Shown here: one piece after another, positions 46,284-54,097 of the stretch | Position numbering within the stretch: position 1 is the stretch's first letter | Layout: every line of letters starts with the position of its first letter | Origin: Methanobacteriota archaeon | Lineage (GTDB): Archaea > Thermoplasmatota > Thermoplasmata > UBA10834 | Assembly: GCA_020347565.1 (NCBI GenBank) | Contig: CP070732.1 | Coordinates: 1,471,508 to 1,535,507, forward strand | Direction of reading: 5' to 3' | Length of the DNA: 64,000 nt | Position numbers and translations under genes: made by a program | Notes under the pieces: model-generated | Database searches by the model: none | What the model was told of the DNA's origin: nothing | The model's input: the letters and a program-made list of their open reading frames with translations, nothing else

Positions 46284-46433
46284 CTCTCTCCCCTGTGTCC
46301 GAAGCCGTAACCGTCAGTCTTCCATATAAGGTTTCGACTTGCGGACGGGCCAGCGCGCATCAGACAAGCTATAAATACGCTTCCACCCTTCTGAACACAT
46401 CGCTCCCGAACGTGGGTTCTGGAGGTGCTGAAC

Positions 46434-47225
46434 ATGGATTGGGGTCTGAAGAACAGGGTGTCGAGGATAATCAAACCGGATACCGGCCGCTCAGTCATGC
46501 TCGCCGTGGACCACGGCTACTTCCTTGGTCCGACATCGCGCCTGGAGGATCCGAAGAAGACGATCATGCCCTTGGCGCCGTACGCAGACTCGATAATGCT
46601 TACGCGCGGAGTGCTCCGGACGTCCATAGACCCTGGCCTGTTCAATTCGGTCGTCCTCAGGGTGTCGGGCGGGACCAGCATCGTCGGCGAGGACCTTGCA
46701 AACGAGGGCATCATCACGTGCATCGAGGACGCCCTCAGACTGAACGCGTCTGGCATCGCGCTTTCCATATTCGTTGGTAGCAAGCACGAGAGGCAGACGC
46801 TGCTGAGCCTCGCGGAGCTGGTCGACAACGGGGAGAGGTACGGAATGCCCGTGCTGGCCGTAACGGCCGTCGGCAAGGAACTCGGCAAGCGGGATGCGCG
46901 CTTCCTCGCCCTCAGCTGCAGAATCGCAGCGGAGATAGGCGCGCACATAGTGAAGACCTACTACTGCGACGATTTCGAGAAGGTAGTGGGAGGCTGCCCC
47001 GCACCGATCGTCGTTGCGGGCGGACCCAAGATGACCGAGAAGCAGGCGCTGGAGCTCACGTACAACGCGATAGCGAAGGGCGCCATCGGAGTCGACATGG
47101 GCCGGAACATATGGCAGTCCGATCATCCAATTCCCATGATGAAGGCCGTGAGGAAGATAGTCCACAACGATGCCACGGCGAAGGAGGCGTACGACTCCTT
47201 CAAGAAGGCCACCAAGAAGAAGTGA
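46434..47225 (+). CDS. Class I (Schiff-base) aldolase of the DhnA/FbaB/LsrF family
   Basis: ..MLAVDHGYFLGP.., ..GAHIVKTYY.. (Lys), ..VVAGGPK.., ..GVDMGRNIWQ... ATG 46434 is preceded by GGAGGTG at 6-nt spacing; the track start is GTG 46425. Confidence 0.7.
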   Translation: MDWGLKNRVSRIIKPDTGRSVMLAVDHGYFLGPTSRLEDPKKTIMPLAPYADSIMLTRGVLRTSIDPGLFNSVVLRVSGGTSIVGEDLANEGIITCIEDALRLNASGIALSIFVGSKHERQTLLSLAELVDNGERYGMPVLAVTAVGKELGKRDARFLALSCRIAAEIGAHIVKTYYCDDFEKVVGGCPAPIVVAGGPKMTEKQALELTYNAIAKGAIGVDMGRNIWQSDHPIPMMKAVRKIVHNDATAKEAYDSFKKATKKK

Positions 47226-47261
47226 GGCGCTTCACTAGCTCCCGCGAAGGGGTTTCCGCAG

Positions 47262-48287
47262 ATGCGCGTGGCGATGTACTACAACAACAGCGATGTGCGG
47301 CTCGAGGAGATGCCGAAGCCGTCGGCCGGACCAGGTGAGCTGCTCGTCAAGGTCGTTGCGTGCGGCATATGCGGGAGCGACGTCATGGAATGGTACAGGA
47401 TCAAGCGCGCGCCGCTCGTCCTGGGCCATGAGATCGCAGGCGACATCGTCGAGGTGGGTGATGGCGTCGAGGGTTACTCCGTCGGCGACCGCGTGTTCGT
47501 CTCACACCACGTTCCGTGTATGGAATGCAGATACTGTCTGAGCGGGCATCACTCTACCTGCGACACCCTGAGGAGCACGAACTACTTCCCGGGCGGGTTC
47601 TCCGAATACATACGCGTCCCGGCCATCAACCTCAAGCACGGGGTCTTCGTGCTTCCGGATGAGCTCAGCTATGACGATGGCGTGTTCATAGAACCTCTTG
47701 CCTGCGCCGTGCGCGGATTCAAGCTGATGCGCTTCAGACGGGGTACGACCGTCCTCGTGCTCGGGAGCGGCATCGCTGGGCTCCTCAATGTTAAGCTCGC
47801 GAAGGCTCATGGCGCCTCGAGGATAATCGCCACGGACATCTCGCGCTACCGCCTGGAAGCCGCGAAACGGTTCGGCGCGGTCGACGCATTCGACGCGTCT
47901 GAGGACGTCCCTGCGCTGGTCAGATCGGCCAACGACGGCAGGAGCGCCGACTTCGTGATCGTATCGACCGGAGCGAAGAGCGCCATGGAGCAGGCGTTCG
48001 AGTGTGTCGACAGGGGCGGTACTATACTCGTGTTCGCCCCGCCCCCTCCGGGGGAGCGGGTGAGCGTTCCGATGGGGGACCTGTGGAAGGACGAGGTGAC
48101 GATCACGTCCACATACGCAGGGAGCCCAGATGACATCACGGACGCGATCGAGCTGCTTCGGTCGCGCAAGGTCGTGGTGAACGACATGATCACTCATAGG
48201 TTTGGCATCGCCGACACGACCAAAGGATTCGCCCTGGTGGCCGAGGCGCAGGACTCGATCAAGGTGCTGATTGAGCCGCACAGATGA
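47262..48287 (+). CDS. Zinc-dependent medium-chain alcohol/polyol dehydrogenase
   Basis: CGICGSD, GHEIAGDIVEVG, structural-zinc Cys cluster CMECRYCLSGHHSTC, and Rossmann VLVLGSGIAGL. Confidence 0.8.
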   Translation: MRVAMYYNNSDVRLEEMPKPSAGPGELLVKVVACGICGSDVMEWYRIKRAPLVLGHEIAGDIVEVGDGVEGYSVGDRVFVSHHVPCMECRYCLSGHHSTCDTLRSTNYFPGGFSEYIRVPAINLKHGVFVLPDELSYDDGVFIEPLACAVRGFKLMRFRRGTTVLVLGSGIAGLLNVKLAKAHGASRIIATDISRYRLEAAKRFGAVDAFDASEDVPALVRSANDGRSADFVIVSTGAKSAMEQAFECVDRGGTILVFAPPPPGERVSVPMGDLWKDEVTITSTYAGSPDDITDAIELLRSRKVVVNDMITHRFGIADTTKGFALVAEAQDSIKVLIEPHR

Positions 48288-48302
48288 CACTTCGAGCCGC
48301 TC

Positions 48303-49730
48303 TCAGGCGTACTCCGACATGATCGCGTCTATTGCCCTGTCCACATCGTCATCCAATGGCTCCGGCTTGTGCTCGGCCAGGATGCTCCTCACCCTCTTCC
48401 TCGCCTGGTCGACGATTCCTTCGTTGCCGGCGTCGAAGCTGTAGCTGTTGTAGAGCGCCGCCTTCTCGGAATCCGGGATGAACAGTTCCTTTCTCATGTT
48501 CCTGAGGGTGTGAGGCTCGCCCAGGAACGTGCCCCCAGGCCCGACCTTCTCGAGCAGGTCGACCGCGAAGTGGTCCTCGTCGATGCTGACGTCTCTGCGC
48601 AGACTCCTGATTGACTCCCACACATCGGAGTCTATGATCAGCTGTTCCAGCGCCGCACCCTTCGCCTGGTCAAGGCTGCCTATGCCGGACGAGAAATCGG
48701 TGAGCGACAAGTTCGTCATGGCCGTCATGCTCATCTCCGCTACAGTCGCGGATATCCCGGGTTTGTCGCCGCCGAGGCCGAAGCTCCCGACCATCGAGGG
48801 AGCTTCGTACGATTTCGCCATCTGTCCGACCGCGGCTGCGATTATGACCTCCTCGATGGAGCCGTACTTGATCTCCCCTGTGCGCATGTTGATTATGCTG
48901 GATTCGGAGCTGTAGACCACCGGTGCGCCGGGCTTGGCCAGCTGCGATATGACGAAGCTGGCGAGGTTCTCGGCGTTGACGATTGTAATCGTCGACGCGA
49001 GCGTCACCGGCGCGGTAAGGCCGCAAAGCGCCATGGACATCGACACGACCGGGATGCCAGCCTTCGCGAAGACCATTGTCGCCTCTATCGACCCCCGCTC
49101 GAACTCGAGCGGGCAGATCGGGCATTGAATCGTCGAGAATATCGGCCTCTTCGCGAGCTCATCCTCGCCTCCGACGACGGCGGAGGCGACGCGCACCATG
49201 TCCTCTGCCTCCTTCTCGGACAGTCCTTCTCCCTGGAAGTGCTTGGTCGAGTTCCGGAGCGAGATGACGAGGTCGTTCAGTCCGCGTGCCTTCTCCGGGC
49301 CGTCCTGGGCCGTCACGATGGGCCAGAGATAATCGATGGAGTCGATCGCGTCGCTCAGGATCGTGAAGTCCTTCAGGTCGTCACCCAGTGTCGCGCGCTT
49401 CTCGCCGGTGTCGAGGTCCCACATGTAAACGGCAGTGCCATTTGTGGCCATGTACGGAGGTCCGCGCCTCGGGGCTTTCATGTCCTGTGCCGGGTCCCTT
49501 GCGCACAGCGAAACCTCTTTGGGCATCGCCTTGATGGCTTCGTTCACCATGTGTTCAGTGAGATATGCTGTGCTGGTCTCGCGGTCGACGAGCGCTCCTC
49601 CGTGCTCCAGTGTGTCCAGCGCCTTCTCGCTGAGCACCTTTACGCCCGTCTCCTCGAGGACATACAGCGTCTTCTCGTGTACCCGCTCGATATCGTCTCT
49701 AGACAGAATGCTTATCTGGCAAACCGACAT
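48303..49730 (-). CDS. MttB-superfamily methyltransferase, non-pyrrolysine type (third copy)
   Basis: MSVCQISILSRDDIERVHEKTLYVLEETGVKV.., ..VYMWDLDTGEKRATLGDDL.., ..GGEDELAKRPIFSTIQCPICPL... 475 aa, uninterrupted by TAG. Confidence 0.85.
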   Translation of the reverse strand: MSVCQISILSRDDIERVHEKTLYVLEETGVKVLSEKALDTLEHGGALVDRETSTAYLTEHMVNEAIKAMPKEVSLCARDPAQDMKAPRRGPPYMATNGTAVYMWDLDTGEKRATLGDDLKDFTILSDAIDSIDYLWPIVTAQDGPEKARGLNDLVISLRNSTKHFQGEGLSEKEAEDMVRVASAVVGGEDELAKRPIFSTIQCPICPLEFERGSIEATMVFAKAGIPVVSMSMALCGLTAPVTLASTITIVNAENLASFVISQLAKPGAPVVYSSESSIINMRTGEIKYGSIEEVIIAAAVGQMAKSYEAPSMVGSFGLGGDKPGISATVAEMSMTAMTNLSLTDFSSGIGSLDQAKGAALEQLIIDSDVWESIRSLRRDVSIDEDHFAVDLLEKVGPGGTFLGEPHTLRNMRKELFIPDSEKAALYNSYSFDAGNEGIVDQARKRVRSILAEHKPEPLDDDVDRAIDAIMSEYA

Positions 49731-49762
49731 ACTTCCGCGCCTACTGCGGGAACGCGAATGGG

Positions 49763-49772
49763 GATAAAAAAC
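49763..49772. promoter_or_regulatory. Single A/T-rich TATA-like element (GATAAAAAAC) shared by the divergent MttB-3 and MFS genes
   Basis: It is the only A/T-rich element in the 123-nt divergent spacer, ~37 nt from ATG 49730 (minus strand) and ~87 nt from ATG 49854 (plus strand). Confidence 0.35.
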
Positions 49773-49853
49773 CCTTCCCCGTGAGGGCCAGCGCGAATTC
49801 GTCGTTGCGGTAGAACGCTGCTGCGGTCCATGCGGCAGAGCGAGGGCGTTTGA

Positions 49854-51089
49854 ATGGTGCTAGACGATCTCAAATCGTTTCCGAGGACTTTCAAGGTGCT
49901 TGTAGTAAGCGCCCTCATCGAGAACATGGCGTTCGGCCTGATCATACCGTACCTGGCGTTGTACATCACAATAGACATCGGACTGGAGGAATGGAAGGCA
50001 GGAGTGGCCCTGGCCGGCTACACCGTCGCCGGCGTCCCCTCGATGATAATCGGTGGGATGCTCGCAGACAAGGCCGGCAGACGGCCGGTGCTCCTGGCGA
50101 GCCTGGGACTGATGTCGATAACGATATTCATGTACTTCTTCGCAAACAGCTTCCTGACTCTTCTGTTGCTGGTCTTCGCCGATTCGTTCGTCGGGTCAAT
50201 GTACATGCCAGCGGCGAACGCGATGATAGCCGACATCGTGAAGCCGGTGGATCGGCCAAGGGCGTACAGCGCTCTCAGGGTGGCATGGAACGTGGGAATC
50301 ATCTTCGGTCCGGTCCTCGGCTGGCTGATAGTGTCCGCGCACTCGATACGAGTGCTGTTCGTGTTCGGGGGGCTCATACTTGCATGCGCCTTCGTCCTGA
50401 ACTTTGTGTTCATAAGGGAAACGCGACCGGACAAGATGGAGTCCGCAGCTATCACGTTCAGGGCCGTGATGTCCGTGCGCAGAGACAGGCCTTTCCTGAT
50501 ACTCTGCTCGCTGAGTGCGGTCTTCTGGTTCTTCTTCGCCCAGTGGATATCTGTGCTTCCCGTATACGCTTTCGAGACCCTCGGGATAGGAGAGGCGGAC
50601 TTCGGTCTGCTGTTTGCGCTGAGCGCCATCCTGGTAGTGACTCTGCAGATGTGGGTGACTTCACAGATGATCAAGTTCCGCCGGTCGGCGGTGCTCGCGT
50701 CGGGACAGCTGGTCGCATCATTGGGATTCGCCATCATCTTCCTTGCCACGGACTTGCTCACACTGTCCGGATGCATCGCCGTCATGACGATGGGCGAGAT
50801 ACTGTACATGTCCATCGTCTCGGCAGTGATCGCGGACATGTCTCCCGAGAAGAAGAGGGGAATCTACATGGGTTTCTCAGGAATGATTCAGCAGATGGGA
50901 AGCGGGCTGGGGTTCCTTGTCGGCATGTATCTTCTGGGCGTGTTGACCGATCCGTCCGTGATATGGCTGCTGTTCGGAGCCGTCGGCGCGGCATCGTGTT
51001 TGGGCTACATCTTCTTCGCCCGCAGCGCTGGACCATCAATCGACCGACCTGAGGATGATGCAAAGAAGGACTCCAGGGCACCTGCATGA
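49854..51089 (+). CDS. Major facilitator superfamily transporter
   Basis: 411 aa, 12 predicted TMs, with the MFS loop 2-3 signature GGMLADKAGRRPVL. Confidence 0.8.
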   Translation: MVLDDLKSFPRTFKVLVVSALIENMAFGLIIPYLALYITIDIGLEEWKAGVALAGYTVAGVPSMIIGGMLADKAGRRPVLLASLGLMSITIFMYFFANSFLTLLLLVFADSFVGSMYMPAANAMIADIVKPVDRPRAYSALRVAWNVGIIFGPVLGWLIVSAHSIRVLFVFGGLILACAFVLNFVFIRETRPDKMESAAITFRAVMSVRRDRPFLILCSLSAVFWFFFAQWISVLPVYAFETLGIGEADFGLLFALSAILVVTLQMWVTSQMIKFRRSAVLASGQLVASLGFAIIFLATDLLTLSGCIAVMTMGEILYMSIVSAVIADMSPEKKRGIYMGFSGMIQQMGSGLGFLVGMYLLGVLTDPSVIWLLFGAVGAASCLGYIFFARSAGPSIDRPEDDAKKDSRAPA

Positions 51090-51178
51090 TGCCGGGTCAT
51101 CCACGGAAAACTCAAGGGAAGGGGTTTGAGCAGCCTCGGCTCTGTCGAACGGGCTGCTGGCGAACGAGTGAGACAGCT

Positions 51179-51664
51179 TCAAAAGCGCCTTCTCATGCCG
51201 CCGTATCCGCCGGAGTCTCGGTCCCTGTCCCTAGGCCTGCCGCCGCCGCGGTTACGCCTCGGGGGCTGCTCGTGCTCCTGGTCGCTCATGTTCGGCTCCG
51301 TGACGACCTCGTCCAAGCCGTCGTCGCCCTTGCTGAGCGTACCGTACTTCCCCACATTCAGACGCATGTGCCCCCTGACGAGTGACACATACCCGTTCTT
51401 GATCTGCAGGACATCCTCCTTGTTCACTGTTCCGATCTGGTCGTCCCAGAGGGACAATACTATGGCTCCAGTCTCGTCGGCTATCGTGGCCTCGGCCACC
51501 TTTCGCGAGCCCCCGAACCTGCCGGGTATTTCCTTCGGCTCGCCTACTTCCAGGCACTTCGCGAAGACGTCGACCCGCTTCGATCGCGGGTTGAGCTCCT
51601 TTATCTTCGTCTCAACGCTCTGCTCTTCCGTGCCGCTGCTCTCGGTGTTCTCTTCCATGCTCAT
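51179..51664 (-). CDS. Single-OB-fold ssDNA-binding protein with C-terminal RGG-type tail (Sulfolobus-SSB-like architecture)
   Basis: Met42 of the track ORF. ..VDVFAKCLEVGEPKEI..RKVAEATIADETGAIVLSLWDDQIGTVNKEDVLQIKNGYVSLVRGHMRLNVG.. parallels S. solfataricus SSB (..[46 protein letters not shown]..). The tail is PPRRNRGGGRPRDRDRDSGGYGGMRRRF. Confidence 0.7.
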   Translation of the reverse strand: MSMEENTESSGTEEQSVETKIKELNPRSKRVDVFAKCLEVGEPKEIPGRFGGSRKVAEATIADETGAIVLSLWDDQIGTVNKEDVLQIKNGYVSLVRGHMRLNVGKYGTLSKGDDGLDEVVTEPNMSDQEHEQPPRRNRGGGRPRDRDRDSGGYGGMRRRF

Positions 51665-51838
51665 TCTTCCTTTTGCTGTAGGGCACGGTTGATACCTTGC
51701 GGTTACTCGAAAACTCAAACAATCGCTTCGAGAAACAAGTGTTCGCTCAGTCGAGAGTCGGGCTTTCCTGTATCGCTTGGCACACAACCAGTGCTGGGTG
51801 TAATGTGAAGCTCATGGTATTTATACTATCGCCTATAT

Positions 51839-52134
51839 GGAGCCTCCATACGTCCGGCTTCGCCGGCATAATGTCGACAAAAGGACTTCGGACGTGCCCC
51901 GTTTCGTGCAATCAGCGGACGGAGGCTCAGAAAGGGCTAAATACGGTTTCTGCGTACGACGTTTTTGTCTTAGGAGCAAGACGCCAGTGAGCAACCGTCC
52001 TGACACCTGTTTGGATCGCCGCTCCTGGACGGAGCATGGTTCTCATGGCGTTTGCTCTCGGCTCGGGGGACGGGGTCCGGGATACCGGTCTCCCTGAGGT
52101 GGAGACATATGGCATCGTCAGATGTAGGCCGAGC
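51839..52134 (+). ncRNA. Candidate structured RNA or long structured 5' leader (unclassified)
   Basis: TATTTATAC (51818..51826) is followed by nested helices read by eye: 51840..47/51921..28 (8 bp), 51850..56/51889..95 (7 bp), 51967..71/51978..82, 52021..25/52031..35, 52057..62/52128..33 (6 bp), and a GAUA-tetraloop hairpin at 52072..52093. No credible ORF. No match to RNase P, SRP or tRNA motifs that I can recall. Confidence 0.3.
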
Positions 52135-52192
52135 TATTTGTGGCAACGGCCCCCTCTCCACCCGGACAACTTTTGACGCGAAGGATGACAGC

Positions 52193-54097
52193 ATGCCGAA
52201 CGGCACCTCGAGGCGGCTGGTGGACGCACCGACGCCTGAGCTGCGCGTGATATCGAGCCGCGGGGAGCGAATGCTCTACTCGCGCGACCAGTCCGAGATT
52301 CCGAGGTTGCTGGGAACGTTCATATTCAGGAGCATGCCCGATGCGGTGGTGCAGCCGCTCTCGGTCGACGCAGTACGGTCGGTCGTCAGGCGCGCCGCCC
52401 AGGAAGGGCTCACCATCATACCGAGGGGCTCCGCCTCATCCCCGTTCGGGGGCTCGGTCCCGGTCGCGGGCGGGCTCGTCGTCGACATGTCGAGGATGGA
52501 CCGTGTGACCGCCATTGACGCCGAGGCGGCGACGGCAACCGTCGAGGCTGGTGCGCGGTGGGCCGACGTGGACAACGAGGCTTCCGCCCATGGCCTCCGG
52601 GTGCCGACATGTCCTTCTAGCAAGTTCTCGACCGTTGGCGGTTGGATAGCGACAGGCGGCCTTGGGCTCAATTCGTACTCGCGCGGCCATCTAAGCCGGA
52701 GCGTCCTGGCCGTCGAGATCGTTTCCGCGAGCGGCGAGTTGAGGAGGTTCACGCCTGGCGATCCGGAGTTCAAGGCGGTCTTCGGGAGCGAAGGGCAGCT
52801 GGGCGTGATCGTCTCCGCGACGCTCTCGCTGTCGAAGGCGACGGAGATCAACACGCCGCACCTGCTCCTGTTCGGCAGGCCTGAGCCGGCACTGTCCTTC
52901 GTCCAGGCGGTCGTCAAGAGCGACGTGGACCCCGTACACATAGTCTTCGAGAGCTCCTCGAAGCTCAAGCTCGTCTCCGAATCGCTGAGAGGAGGACACC
53001 TTCGCGAGGGCGACGGCGTCATCGTGAGCGTCGAGGGCGAGAAGTCCCAGGCCGCGTTCGCCAGGCTCGTTTCCGGCCTGGGCCTTTCCGAGGAGAAGGA
53101 GTACGTCGCGAGATATCTGTGGAACGAGCGGTTCTTCCCCATGAAGGTCCGAAACCACGGCCCTGGAATGCTGGGGACGGAGCTGCTCGTCCGCCAGGCG
53201 CGGCTCCCCGAGATAATCGCCGCCGCTGAGAGGCTGTGCAGGCACATGAACCTCGAGCCGATGTACGAGGTGCACTATCTCTCGGACGGCGACGCGTTGC
53301 TGCTGTGCTTCTATCTGGTCGACCAGGGAAACACGTTCGCCTACACGCTCGACGCGTTCAAGTCGCTCGTTCTCACCTGCGCCCTGATCGACGCCGGCGG
53401 AAGGCCCTATTCGATGGGCATATGGAACCATCCGTTCTCGGAGGCGGTGGACGGCGACGAGCGGCGGCGCCTCGGGAAGGTCAAGGCGGAGCTGGACCCG
53501 AAGTCCCTGATGAATCGTGGCAAGTACTTCTCGCTCTCGGGCAGATGGGCCGGGCTCGGCGGAGCCCTCCTCGACCCGCGGATGATGCGCCCGCTTCTGC
53601 GGGTGCTGCTCGCGTTCTCTCCCGTATCGACGATGTTCATCGGACGCGTCTCGAGAGCGCTCGAGCGGCTGTTCGAGCCGAAGAGTCGAGACCTCGTGCT
53701 CGCAGTGGCCGACAGGTGCGCGATGTGCGGCTCATGCGTGAGCGTCTGCCCTGCCTACCTGCTGACCGGCGATGAGAGAGTCACCGCGAGGGGCAAGCTG
53801 CTCACTGCGAAGGCCATGGCCGGAGGATTCCAGATATCCGAGGAGCACGCCAGCAGGACCTTCCTCTGCATGAGGTGCAAGGCGTGCGAGCAGGTATGCC
53901 AGTCGCGCTTGGAGCTACTGCCGATCTACGACGAGATAGAGCGTCGGCTCGAGCGCACGCACGGCAGGGACTCGCTTGAAATCGAGGAGTTCCTGACCTT
54001 CGCGGAGAACTCACGGGCATACGACGAGCTCGTGAGGAAGGGCTTGGTCATCGGCGCGCCCAGGAGCTGTCCGGGGGGTGATGACGATCGCGTATGA
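52193..54097 (+). CDS. FAD-linked oxidase (GlcD/PCMH-type) fused to a C-terminal 2x[4Fe-4S] module
   Basis: Met48 of the track ORF (GAAGGATGA upstream). The FAD_binding_4 region is ..PDAVVQPLSVDAVRSVVRRAAQEGLTIIPRGSASSPFGGSVP.., followed by ..STVGGWIATGGLG... C-terminal clusters are CAMCGSCVSVCP and CMRCKACEQVCQ, and no CCG domains follow. It overlaps the next gene by 20 nt. Confidence 0.8.
   Translation: MPNGTSRRLVDAPTPELRVISSRGERMLYSRDQSEIPRLLGTFIFRSMPDAVVQPLSVDAVRSVVRRAAQEGLTIIPRGSASSPFGGSVPVAGGLVVDMSRMDRVTAIDAEAATATVEAGARWADVDNEASAHGLRVPTCPSSKFSTVGGWIATGGLGLNSYSRGHLSRSVLAVEIVSASGELRRFTPGDPEFKAVFGSEGQLGVIVSATLSLSKATEINTPHLLLFGRPEPALSFVQAVVKSDVDPVHIVFESSSKLKLVSESLRGGHLREGDGVIVSVEGEKSQAAFARLVSGLGLSEEKEYVARYLWNERFFPMKVRNHGPGMLGTELLVRQARLPEIIAAAERLCRHMNLEPMYEVHYLSDGDALLLCFYLVDQGNTFAYTLDAFKSLVLTCALIDAGGRPYSMGIWNHPFSEAVDGDERRRLGKVKAELDPKSLMNRGKYFSLSGRWAGLGGALLDPRMMRPLLRVLLAFSPVSTMFIGRVSRALERLFEPKSRDLVLAVADRCAMCGSCVSVCPAYLLTGDERVTARGKLLTAKAMAGGFQISEEHASRTFLCMRCKACEQVCQSRLELLPIYDEIERRLERTHGRDSLEIEEFLTFAENSRAYDELVRKGLVIGAPRSCPGGDDDRV

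Noticed and set aside
51839-52134. Identification of the structured intergenic RNA as RNase P RNA, SRP (7S) RNA or a tRNA
   Set aside because: On neither strand could I find the GAGGAAAGUCC / ACAGAA-type RNase P conserved regions, the SRP helix-8 GNAR loop with the flanking AGCA/GGA pattern, or a T-loop GTTCRANYC. I therefore leave it unclassified rather than name it.
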